DNA of 64,000 nucleotides from Perna viridis (GCA_037379345.1 CM074519.1:124001-188000), one strand, 5' to 3'; positions 50,558 to 62,800 are shown, counted from the stretch's first letter. Notes: generated by a model from the sequence alone, not told the origin. Numbers and translations: made by a program.

Positions 50558-52555
50558 TCATGCAATACAGCAAAAACAGCCTCTGACACAATAAATACAA
50601 CAGTCTGTATCTAAAAAGAACATAGAACCATCAGAATATTTCAAGTAAAGCTTTACACAGGGAGATGGCTAATGTCAAATAATTACTAGTCATTAAATAG
50701 CGGAAAAACAGCTGTAAAAACCAATATCTCAATTGAAAACACGCTATAATTACCAACGATTGATTAAAAGCAGGGGCGACGATATCTTTTAAAAAGAACA
50801 AAAAGTATAATATCAAATCGTATCGGATTCACAAGATTCTCATTGTTTTGCATAAGTTAAGTCGGTGGCGTATTCAGAAAATTCAAACTACAAAAGAACA
50901 GTCAGTTATTATGCCGAATATTTCAAAACCACATACAAAATATAAGACCGTTTTACCATTCAATTAATCATGAAAAAGTTGCGATAAAACTATGCTTTCA
51001 ATTCGACCAGTTAACGTACTATCAGTTACGTGTTAACCATTTTGTCAGCGAAGGATTAGTTATAGATATTCTTAACGGTAAAAGTACCAATTATACTAAC
51101 CTGGAATAAAAAATGGAAGTATCTGTGCTCTAATTACTGAAGAAGGGAGAATAAGAATTATGCACACAGTAAGGACTACTGCCAAAATCCAAACCATTGA
51201 TTTGTTTAGTAGACCCTGTAAATGGTTTCAAATCATAAACTGAAAACAGTACACTTTGTTTAGATGTTACACAAATGCGTCATAAATCATGATTCTAACC
51301 AATTAAAAATTTGACATAAGATAGAAAGATAGAATATTGTATTTTCAAATATTGAAAAAAAATATGTGTAATATCTGAAAATAGGGAGGGCGAAAAGCTG
51401 CCTTGGTTTTCATGAAAAAAGTACAAGTATCTGTAAGAATCAGGCAGCGGGTGAAACATGATATGAAAAAAACCACCATTTTGATAGTTTAATTTGACTT
51501 TTTTCACCCCCAGAATCAAGGAAAACAGACAAGATTTTCCATATCATGCTGGCCCATTGAGTTACAATTTCATTGAAATACACTGAAAATGAACATTTCA
51601 AGGGCAGATAACTGTAAAAAAAAAACTTATTTTTCTATCATTCTATTAAAAAAAATTTTGAGCACAGCCAGTGATGCAGAGATTAAATAATGGTCTTTTC
51701 AAGTAGAGAAGGTATCCTTGAGTGATATTACATTGTCCGATCGGTGGGTTTATGGCATGAAAGTTTCTGATTTTTCCCATTTTGCCTGATTCTTACAAAC
51801 ACTTACACTTAATTATTGTAATTTTTCTGAACTTGTCAAAAAAGTAGCAAAAATGTTGTTCATGTTCTTTAACATTTTTCGTTCATGTCCTATACTTGAA
51901 ATCCGATATCTACCTGTAGTTCATGACCAAATTGTTCTGATCTTTTCACTAAGTAGCCCTTGGATTTTGAAAAAAAAACACGAAATCCCGGAGACCCAAA
52001 CATTTGGGAATAAAAATCTCTTATTAAATGTCATATGTACACATGTACATAATAGCTCCTTTAACACTGTCGGAGTCTTTGTACGCAAAACTGTTTAATA
52101 TTTTATTTTTCATTGGTAAACATTTTTCAAAAATTAAGGCAACGGTATTTTTTTTTCATTGTTACTGAACTAAAATATGAATCAATATTAATCTAATTGT
52201 CGGGTGGGAGTTTCTTATACCCACGCTGTGATTCCCCACTTATATAGCGGGAGATGTACAGTGATCATTTGTATTTTAGTGTATCATTATTCATTTTTTT
52301 TTTATGATATAAACACGGATTCGTAATGGTCTACTTAGTAAGTTATTCACATCAAATAATTATGGGCAATAATTGTATCAACTATTCTTTACAGAAACAG
52401 GAGGGATTTTTTTAAGTTTACGTGATGGTTTAGGCACTTTTCCCGCTCTCCTAAACAGCATTTTCACTTTAACGCTTGATTTTACTAAAACTGATGTGTC
52501 CGGACTAGAAATCATTACAGGGAAAGTTATTTGATAAACCAATAAAACTCACCAT
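50558..52555 (-). CDS. Small secreted cysteine-rich peptide gene 1, 56 aa: join(52553-52555, 51101-51215, 50558-50610) = MGLLNKSMVWILAVVLTVCIILILPSSVIRAQILPFFIPDTDCCIYCVRGCFCCIA*
   Basis: gccATG|gtgagt; catttacag|115-nt hydrophobic exon|gttagta; ttctttttag|Cys exon with TGA; AATAAA at 50525-50530. Confidence 0.84.
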
Positions 52556-52702
52556 GGCTGATCCGATTTGGATTAAGTGTATATCTGAAATCAGACGAAA
52601 ATATGTTAGAGAGTATATCATACTGTCTTGCATGACACAGAAAATGCTTACCCTAACCCTAGCACATGCATCCACCACCGGTTTATAAGGTTACAGAAAG
52701 GT

Positions 52703-52703
<1 letters not shown>

Positions 52704-52773
<70 letters not shown>
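52704..52773. repeat. (CT)n microsatellite
   Basis: About 35 CT units, roughly 150 bp upstream of the peptide gene 1 ATG exon. Confidence 0.95.
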
Positions 52774-52776
<3 letters not shown>

Positions 52777-53323
52777 ACTATGCTTTCATTTTTACTCATT
52801 GAGCAGTTTAATATCTGTCTCTGTCAAGTGGCAATGGAAAAAAAACCATTCAGTCATTCACAATCAACCTTAATTGTTTAATTGAACGGTATATCAATTG
52901 TTTATATAGCTACCCGAGTTATGTTCACCAAAAACAAATCGTTAGAGTGACGTCCATACGTGTTTCATTCTTATCAAAAATGACTTATGCATCAAAGCAC
53001 AAATGCCCTTTTAATGGTAGTGTGGTAAACACGTGTCCACAAAAAAACTTTCAAATTTAAATTGCTTTATTTAATGCTTACAAAATCATGAACAAAAGTA
53101 GTTTTTCTTCAATGATTATGTACCGAAAATGCAGAGAAAGTCGTCGATTTTTTTTTTGTTTTTTGTTTTTTGTTTTGTTTTTTGTTGTTGTTTGTTTTGT
53201 TTTGTTTTTTGTTTTGTTTTCTTATTATTTTACCCACGAACCACGAAATCAATTATCCAACGAAATGTCTTCTTACCTCTTACCATAAAAAATGATACCC
53301 ATGAAAATAAATGAAACCACACA

Positions 53324-53810
53324 AAGAGTAATCAAGGAAACCAAGGTTATAGCGTTAATCAAAAGAATGTAATCCAGGGACAAAGACCCGGCATGGAAAA
53401 CGGACATACACAACAAAGATCATACAGTAACTAAAATCATACATACAAAGTAACAAAAGCAAATGAGCAACTCGGACTCCACTAAAAACTGGGAGCATGG
53501 ACCAGGTGCACCGGTAGGGTAAGCGTCCTCTGCTTTTCTAGAAACACCCGCCGAGTTGCTCATAAAAAGTCAAGTCCGGGGTAGACAAACGAGGAAAGGA
53601 AAACTATGACCCGTTGAATAAATCAGTTTTCATGGTGCAGATACACCATAACGATCCACGAGCTCATGATGACGAACATAGAACTTCTGTAGTGATGACT
53701 TCAATCTTGTAGCAACATAACCCTGTTCCAGAAGCCTATTTGTTAGAGTTCTAGTGCGATACAAAGTCTGCGTAGTTTCAGCAAGCTCTGGCATAACGTA
53801 TGAGTTGTGA
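53324..53810 (-). mobile_element. 5'-truncated Penelope-like copy: ORF C-terminus plus complete 3' UTR
   Basis: 53640-53810 matches 46200-46380; the 3' UTR recurs at about 12409-12617, 24364-24626, 37973-38158, 38934-39179, 42588-42746, 45036-45171, 45960-46086 and 56922-57103. Confidence 0.85.
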
Positions 53811-54681
53811 GTTCCACAAAATATGCAGTGTTATAATGAAACTACAAATACGTTCATCCTTGAAACATCGAATTTATTATTAAAGTCGTTTAGTCTGCGG
53901 GCACGATAAAGAACTTGAAGGACCTTTTGTTTTTATTTTTGTTTAGTTTTCGGAAGTACGGTCAATTTGTAGCTTTTCGTAGAACCAATTAACGACGAAC
54001 CAAAATGTAACTTAAAAGCAGAATGCTTGTTTATTTAATAATATAACGCAATTAATTTCCAGGTGGTTATAGCCATTACATATATTTCCGTTATCTTTAT
54101 CTCAGTTGAGTTAGTTGTGGAATAAGCTTTAATCATGGTTTGCTATGATTTCACTGTTGTAGCAATATATTTAGTGGAAATAAAACTATTCATCATGGAT
54201 ATGAATGTATGCCGATAGCTTTAATAACGTTTTAAGAAAGGAAATCACACAAGTTGCAATTTTTTCGATAATATCTACGTATTCAAAGAGATCCTACCTG
54301 TATTGGGTGAATGTTTACTATGGATACAGTATAAATGACATTTCACCATGCTATTTATATGATATAAAAACAATTTATTTTTTCAAACAAGGCGAAAACA
54401 ATCAATTGTTATGCAACATTTCAATTTGTCTTATGTTTTCTTATTTATGAGAAATTCCCAGAGAAAATACAAGATATTTTTTTCTTAAATAGGGGCGATT
54501 CATCATTGTTTCTTTTCAGTACAAAGTACAGTGAAATAATCCGAAAACCTGTCTGAAACAACACCTTCAAAATTAATTTTTTGTACTTTTTATCAATATG
54601 AACACATTTTGAAACTTGGGAAACCGATTACCCATCTAAACCGAACCTATTTTGAAGTTCAATATGTTGATGTCGGTGTCA

Positions 54682-56388
54682 TCCTGGTTTGCATATATTT
54701 AATTACCCTACTAATTAAATAGTTAAATAAACTAACAAGACAATTGGTTCACATACCTTGAAGATCTATAGTTTGTTTTAAATGTGTTTGTTTTTTACCT
54801 GTGAAAGTACTACTAATGTATGTATGCATACTAGGTAAAAAATACATTTCAGCATTCTGTATGTTTGAGTTTGTCATTGATGTGCATTTTAAAGGTTGAT
54901 TATATATTTTATTTTAGGTGTACCTATGTCTTTATTTCTTCTTTTACAGCCATATGAAACATTAGAAAATAAATAAATAAAACTAATCTGTGATAAATCT
55001 ATTGAATAAATAACAAAATCAACATCACAAAGCAGATGTTAAATGACAATGCAGTTTCAGATAGCTTGGATTTACTACAAATATCATAAATAATTAACAT
55101 GGAGCAAGAATAAATTACAACATTTAATACACAGTATAGCATATCAATTTCATAAAGCATAAATCTATCAAAAGTTCACTAATCAAGATGCAGAAGGTGG
55201 GAAGCAGCATCTGCATAGTCTGTCACAGTTTTTAACCCCTGATGGTATGTCTTTGAGTTGTTGTAGTCTTGAGTCAATGCTTCGGTAGACTGGTCTTTTT
55301 GGTGGGTGAGCTCCTCCTGCTGAGTACTGGATCACTCTAATTTCAGTCATGGCCTCAGTAGTCTGTAGTGAGTCAATTATTTCATAGATGTTTGGGTGTG
55401 CATGTTCGTTAACGTAGTAAATGTAGTAGTGTCGGGTGCAGAATCTGTGTCGTGGATGTCTTGCAGTGAGTGGAACAATACGTCTTCTACTTCATTCTGA
55501 GGGACCAGTGGTAGTACTGCTGCTCGTCTCACTAGTTGAGTGATGTCGGCGTTGTATTACTAGTAGGTCTGGAGTCCACACTTTTGGGTTGTGCGCCAGA
55601 TGCATTGAGTATAGTGAAAAAAACATCCTCTGATGGTCACATCTGGGAATACAGTAGTGGCTGGGTTGGTGGCAATCTCATAGTCGATGACTAGAGTCTG
55701 TGGTTGAAGAATAATGTTGAGTTGTCGAGAAATCTCTTTGATGTGACTGAAGAATCTGACGTAGGTGGTCTGGTCTTTGCCTGATAGCAAGTCGAATACT
55801 AGTGGGAACATAGAACCGTCGATTATGGCATGAATAGTGTACAGCTAATGTACAGCCATCACAGAATATCGTATCAGCAGCAGCAAGATATATCAGGTTG
55901 CTGGTGGTTGAAAATATAAGCATGCGTGTGTGAATGTTGTCATCAGGAAGTAGAAACTGTTCTCCAGCAGTAGTTGTGCACCATTTGTCTTGAAAATTGA
56001 TGTCTGTAGTAGTTTTTGGTAAAGCGGGTCTTGGCAGTGATCTCTTTATTAATTACGGGTAAAACTAACCTTACTTTTTTTCAATTTTATTAAGTTCATA
56101 TACATGTAAATAATCAAATTTTTGTAATATAATCCCAATATTCAACAAAATGTAATAAATTTTTTTATTTTTTTTTATTTAAAACACTTTTAAGTTACTA
56201 TATTTGATAACAAGTACTTTTTCCAATATATGCTTAGTTTATAACAGTATTTAACAATTTTAACTACAATTCTACAGGTAAAATCTAGATGATATTAAGG
56301 TGATCAATAAAGAACAGACTATAATTACTTAAACAACAATTTCATACATGTTTATTTAAACCTGTAATTAAATGTATGCAAACCAGGA
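54682..56388 (-). mobile_element. Degenerate MULE (Mutator-like) DNA transposon
   Basis: Transposase motifs DTIFCDG, PLVFDLLSGKDQTTY, IDYE, GCFFHYTQCIWR, HPNIYEII; 25-bp inverted repeats at 54682-54706 and 56364-56388 (one mismatch). Confidence 0.82.
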
Positions 56389-57835
56389 AACTGAGCAAGT
56401 CTTCAATTAAATAAAACTAATAATACCAAATAAAACGAAATGACCAAATCAGTCTCAAACGTACTATTTGTGATATGAATTACATATGTCTACCGTAATG
56501 ATGAGAAAAGTTATTGATTTAAGTGTGCCGATTTCTTCAGTGGCACATTTTTTTAATGACCAACCTCAAAAAAATATTAATCCAGGAAGTAAAAAGCTGT
56601 ATTTTGTGGTATATTTATATGCACCATACAGGGCAGGTGTCGATTTTATGCATTTACTGTTAAATAATATCACTAAACCGGTGATGATTAATTCAGAATT
56701 ATGATTAAGTGAACAATAGCCACGTTTAAAAAGTAAAAAGGCACTACGTTAATATACAAATAAAATTCAAATAAAAGGTCAAAAATATAAAGAATATGGG
56801 CTAACTTAAACTATGAAGATAGACTACTTTAAATAAGACACCTTGACACAATTTGGTCCGAAAGAAACTTGACAGTCACGGGGAAAATATCTGTAGTCAA
56901 AACACTTGTCTAATTCTACATTGGTCCATGCTCCCAGTTTTTAATGGAGTGCGTGTTGCTCATTTGCTTTTTTTTCCTTTGTATGTATGATTTTAGTTAC
57001 TTTATGTTCTTTGTTGTGTATGTCTGTTTTCCATGTCTGGTCTTTGTCCCTGGATTACATTCTTTTGATTACCGCTATAACCTTAGTACCCTTGATTACT
57101 CTTGTAAAACTTGGGATCAGTTCACACAATTTATATTGCATTATGATATTTTTTTATTTGTTTCTTCAACCTGGATGTATTGACTTTTGAGCAGTTATTA
57201 ATATCCATTACCTCATGGTGATTTGTTACATTGTTAAAATTGAAATTTCCCATAAAATAAAAACTTAAAAAAGATTATTTTACACTATATATCGATAAGT
57301 ACAATGCAATAAGAAAGAGCAATCAAGGGAATCATGATTCTAGTGATTTTTTTTACTTCAAAGCTGTTTCATATACTAGAAGTTAAAAAAAAATAAAATT
57401 GCTTCCTTGAAACAGTATTGTTGAATAATTCTACTTATGAGCCTAGCTCCTAAATAATCAAGAATAAACATTAAGGTATTATATTTAATTCCCAAAGCAC
57501 AAATTTAGGTACTCCTAAAACACTGATGCTTCATTCTTTCTATTCAACATAAGGATTACAACAATGCAGCTCCTTAGACATACTCTGGGAGAACTTATCA
57601 GTGCTGGATTTGGCTTCCTACATCATGAAAGTTGGAAATATTTTGAACCATGGTAAACTGAACACCTGTCTAAATCAAATCAATTTTAAAGTCAAAAAGG
57701 GGTTCAGTTTAGACAGGTTTCATTGAATTCCAATTACAGAAGTGAAAAGAATGAAAATAACAGACATCTCAGAGATGTTCTACAAAATAGTCAAACCTGT
57801 CTAAAGGCCAAAATTACTAATATATAAGAACACTT

Positions 57836-57841
57836 TTTATT
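57836..57841 (-). terminator. VPS29: Candidate VPS29 polyadenylation signal (AATAAA)
   Basis: TTTATT on plus, about 0.9 kb past the VPS29 stop; other AATAAA sites exist nearer the stop. Confidence 0.45.
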
Positions 57842-58753
57842 ATTGCATTAAATTGTCAAATAATACTTTGTTCCAATAAATTATATTGTTATATATACAA
57901 CATAATGTAAAGATCATACTTGACAGTAAGATGACAGTCTTTAATAAAACATACACAGTATATAACTGTTGATCAAACTGTCTACCTTGAAACATTGTAC
58001 AGAAATAACAACAGAGCACTGACTTGAAGCAAAACTGACAACCAAATGTTAATTAGAACCACGAGAACATGTAAGACTCATCAGTCCAAGCCAAGTTTGT
58101 ACATAAAATTTTTTGCAGTCAGGGTTCTACTATTAACTTAATGCTGTAACACAGAATTTTGTAAAAAAATTGTTTTCTCAATTGAGAAAACAACATTTTT
58201 CAGTTTTCAAAACAACATAACCTAAGTGACATCACAATAAAAACTAAGTAGTCACTGACCGCATAGTACATGTAGTACACAGTAAAAGCATTTTGGTAGC
58301 CTAAAAAGAATAGTTGGAAATTCACGAACATAATTCATAAAATACAACAACATTATTAAATGTTATTATAATACAACAATAAGTTAAAACGGGGTATGTT
58401 GTTACATGCCAACATGTATACAAAGTCAGATGAAGTGAGATAGTGATTCATTGGTACCCTAAGCTTTGTAAATTATAGTGGTGTAGATATATAAATTAAT
58501 TAACTACTAAATCATGCTGTGTAACTATTATCATATGTAATATACCATTATTTGGGTCAAAACACCAAAATATCTTATTTGTTAATTGATAAATAGAATG
58601 GTTAGATAAAACCAACTAATTTTATTCTTCACAAGTAAGAAAATTCTTATACAATAAACTGACAGACTTGGTATTGAACAAACAATGGAATAACTATAAC
58701 TTGTAAAGCTCTGTGAATGTGTCATATCTAATTAACAATGTTTACAATGTTGT

Positions 58754-61700
58754 TCAGTTCTTTTTATACTCTATTCTCTCTACTTTAACATCATCACTAA
58801 TCAGTTTGTATACATAGGCTACTACTGTGGATTGTTGTATGTCGAGAATCACAAATGATGGTATAACATTGCTGAAAATAATCATAATACAATTTAGTAC
58901 TTATGTATAGTACACCATGTTTAAATTGTAAAAAAATATTGTAACACTAATTGAATAAGGAACCAGGACCATAGATAGGGTCCCAGTACAAGTAAAATTA
59001 TCATTTGGACAAGAAAAATTTAAATTATACTTGCCCAAAGAACAACTAAATTTAAAGTATTTTTACATGCATTTAGGTATATCATTATACAGAATTGAAA
59101 CCAAAATTGGTTTCACCAAGTTAATAACAAGTCAAATGTGAAATATTCATGTTTTGGGGATTTCACATAATTTTGGGGTTTTTTTCACATGAATTTTGAA
59201 AATATTGCATGGCCTAGCTTTTGCAGAAACATGTGCACCCACATGCATTTTTTGTATCTGCAAATATATTTGGTAGCTACTGATTAGAATATTATGAAGA
59301 ATGGAATATCAGATTTCTTTCTAAAGATGAATACAACATAGTAAAGGAAAGATGTTAGAAAAACAACCCAAAGTATAAAGTTCTGATCTAAGACTGTAAA
59401 AAACGATGACATGTTTAACCTTACCTGTCTAACGCATTGTATGCTCCTGTTGCTGATCCAGGATTTATATAAAATTTATTTTCATGTTCAAAAGCCTCAA
59501 ACTTGTGTGTGTGACCTGTAATCAGTATATCAACGTCTAACTGTCGCTGAACCATGGCTAAACTTTCTGTATCTCCCCACGGTACAACTTGATGACCATG
59601 ACATAAACCAATCCTGAATTGTCCCACTGTTACTACTTTCTGTTCTGGGTAGTTCAGATTCTACAAAACATAAATAATGGTTAAATGTTCACATTAAAAA
59701 ATTGCAAGGATATTATTTCATTCTTGAAATGTGTATAATATGAAAGAGTTTTAAAACTTTTATTTTCCTCCTTGTCAAAAAATGTATGTAAATTTTGTTC
59801 ATAAGATAAAATATTGAAGTTTCATTACATTTATTAAGTTAGTGTCATTACATTTGAGTAGACATTGAACATATTGGTGTCATTGCATTTGGGTAGACAT
59901 TGAACATATTGGTGTCATTGCATTTGGGTAGACAATGAACATATTGATGTCATTGCATTTGGGTAGACATTGAACATATTGAAGTACAAAACAAAATAGA
60001 AGCAAAACATCTTCAAATGATTTATGGAGCAGTTGAATTGTTAAAAGAAACATTTGTGAGATAGAATACTGTGAAAGTACTTTTATTCGTGGGTACCAAT
60101 ATACGTAGTTTAGGGAAAAAATGTCAGTTCATGGATTCTTGAATTCATGGATTGGAAACTCTACCACACACAGACAAATGGGAAATTTCCTCTTCACTGG
60201 GAATCAAATTTCGTGGTTTACCACACCCACCAAAACCAAGAAAATTGGTATCCCACGAAAGTAATACTTTCACAGTATCTCACTTTTGCACTTGTATTTG
60301 TAGTAATTTACATCTGTACTAGAGTGAGCTATACTTAAATAATTGTTCAATATACACTACTTTAAAATGAAGGAGTAGTTTACAGCTTAAATGGTACTAA
60401 AATAGACCAATTAAATAAAACTAACATTTAATATAAGATTAATTTACATAAAACACTACCTCACCTCATCAAAATCTCCTCTTACGACATGAACATCACT
60501 GGCTAGAGTCTTTAGGTAATCAAATGACTCCTTTGTACAAAGGTTTCCTGTGCACAGAATATGTTGTATTTTATTTGGTACTAGAAGCTTTTTAAAACGG
60601 TTTGGTAAGCTATTACATCTGTGTGGAATGTGGAGATCACCAAGAACTAATACCAACTGAAAAATATTTGAATTTATTTAATACAAATGTATTTCAAAAA
60701 ATATTTGAACAAAGTACATTTATTTGTAAAAATTTAAATCAAGCATTACAGAAAAACAAGTAAAAACCAGTTATGTTATAATATGAAACTTAGAATATTT
60801 AAATCATTCATTTTTCTAAATAATATAATTGACATTTTAATTATATACAAATGTACTTCCTTGAATATATACAAATGTACAGTATATAAAGTTAAAAAGT
60901 AATATCGACATTTACCATGTATGTAACTATTTGTTCTATATACATGTATTGCTGAGAAATTTTGAATTGTAGCCCGTGATACAAATATACATGTATTTGA
61001 CTTTTTTCTATTCCCCTTATTCTTCTTTGTGTCTATTAGATGTGTATGTAATATTTCCTTTGTCAAGTCAAGATATCATTATCTTTGCTGGGCATTTTTT
61101 AACTACTGCTTTTGCTAACATGCCTAAAACAACCATGCAAAAAAAGTAACCCTTCTATGACCACATAAGTGTATCAACTCTTTTCCTGGCAAGCACACAT
61201 GCAAGGTCATAACTTTTAGTAAGTTCCAACTGGTCTGGAGCTGGCATGTCAGTTAAATGCTAGTACATGTAGTCCTTAGTTTGTACATTTTTGTAATTTA
61301 TATTCAGTTTCTTTATTTTCGTTGTAACTAGGGATTCAGATCTTTTTTTAAATTGATTTTTCCACAGTGACCCGATTTTAAAGGGGGAGGGTTGTGATCA
61401 CACCAAAGTAATTTAACCCACTGCATTTTTTGTGCCTGTCCAATGTCAGAATTTCTGGCCTCTGTATGTCTTGTTTTGTTTTCACCGTTAGTTTATTTTT
61501 ATGTTACTTGACTATATACATGAAGGGGCAACTCTCACTGTGCCTGTGAATAATGATGTTTTGGGGCCAGCTGCAGTCTGCCGTGTGATATGATTTCCTC
61601 ATCGTTCATTGAACACTAATGGGTGACCTTGGGCTGATATTAACAACCTGGTAGGGTTCTTGTCTCTATGACATATACACTATACCTATTCTCATCACAC

Positions 61701-62800
61701 ATGTGAACACCCTATCTTGAGGGTAAAATTTCTTATCCTCCTGGAAGCTTGGGAAATCAATACTATTTCAATAAAGTAAAAGAAAGGTGAATATCAAGAA
61801 CTCACATTTACCAATACACAACCCAGGTAATTTATTAACAACTTTTCTGTCTTTTATACGACCTTTTAAAAAGTGTTAGATTGATGCAATTCTCTGATGC
61901 AAAATCTGATAATAAAGAAAGATTTAAAAATTTTTTGATAAAGAAAATGTGATAATATATATGTCTAAAGGATTGTACAATGATACTGATAAAGGTGTTA
62001 ATACACTATAATAAAATATGTAATGAGCAAAATTTTCAGTCAACAAATAACCCTTTTCAGTGCCTTAAATATATAGGTCTGAAAAATTCCCGACGATGTT
62101 CGAACTGTCAAATTTGCAATGCAACTTTTTGGTATTCCCTCCGCGGGACTCGAACTCGTACTGCTGTGACATCTATGGCAACACCGCCTGCACAAAGTCA
62201 AGCCCCTTAGACCACTAGACCAATATAGCCTAGCTGGCCGAGTGGTCTAGGGCACTGGACTTTGTGCAGGTGGTGTTGCCATAGATGTCACAGCGGCACG
62301 AGTTCGAGTCCCGTGAAGGGAACAACCAAAAATTTGCATCGCAAATTTGAGTTCTAACATCGTTGGGAATTTGGGTTTTGGAACAAATTTAACAAAAAAA
62401 ATGTGTTAAATGGTCGAATGGTCAAAAATCACGAAAACATGATTAAATTGTGTTCTTCATGATGAAAGTATTAAGATAGGCAACAGCAAGACGACTTACA
62501 CCCCTATAATTAAAAAAAAAACAAAAAACAAAATGAAAATTTTACCCCCCCCAAACAATAAACAATCTTCACCCCTCAATTCACAGGTAAGTGGGTGTAT
62601 AAATCCCCCAAGATGCTAAAACTAGTATAGTGTGCTGAGCATGTCTCAAGCTGACACACCCCCTTTCATGGAAATATAAAGGGGCCTTTTGAATAGGAAG
62701 AATTAAGCAGTCAAATCAATACTATGTAAAAATAAGGTTGTGGATATTCTTTCTTTACAAATAAAAGAAATTGGTTTCAAGGGAAGAGTATAGATACCAT
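58754..62800 (-). CDS. VPS29: Retromer subunit VPS29, 182 aa: join(62798-62800, 60465-60656, 59425-59660, 58754-58871)
   Basis: M|[13 protein letters not shown]...VRGDFDE|[23 protein letters not shown]...GHTH...[14 protein letters not shown]|[38 protein letters not shown]; 3+192+236+118 = 549 nt, all GT-AG. Confidence 0.96.
59842..59981. repeat. 35-bp tandem repeat, 4 copies, in a VPS29 intron
   Basis: Unit gtgtcattgcatttgggtagacattgaacatattg. Confidence 0.9.
60067..60277. mobile_element. MITE with terminal inverted repeats bounded by TA
   Basis: TACTGTGAAAGTA...TACTTTCACAGTA with subterminal cgtgggtaccaat / attggtatcccacg. Confidence 0.8.
62084..62222 (-). mobile_element. tRNA-derived SINE-like copy (minus)
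   Basis: A-box-like TGGTCTAGTGG and B-box GTTCGAGTCC on minus; inverted copy of 62227-62372. Confidence 0.7.
62227..62372 (+). mobile_element. tRNA-derived SINE-like copy (plus)
   Basis: A box TGGCCGAGTGG and B box GTTCGAGTCC, but no proper acceptor stem; homology continues past the tRNA-like part. Confidence 0.7.

Noticed and set aside
52648-52663. taccctaaccctag as interstitial telomeric repeat
   Set aside because: Barely two units; expected by chance and lies in a decayed repeat.
54795-54810. CTTTCACAG|gtaa as peptide gene 1 first exon, by similarity to the donor near 44386
   Set aside because: It lies inside the MULE inverted repeats and the match is too short to trust.
12359-57190. 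Recurrent hydrophobic ORFs of the type LLLLCMYDFSYFMFFVVYVCFPCLVFVPG as a membrane-protein family
   Set aside because: They are translations of the T-rich 3' UTR of the Penelope-like repeat.
62227-62325. Functional tRNA gene
   Set aside because: A and B boxes are present but there is no acceptor stem, and homology with the inverted copy extends beyond the tRNA-like part, fitting a SINE.
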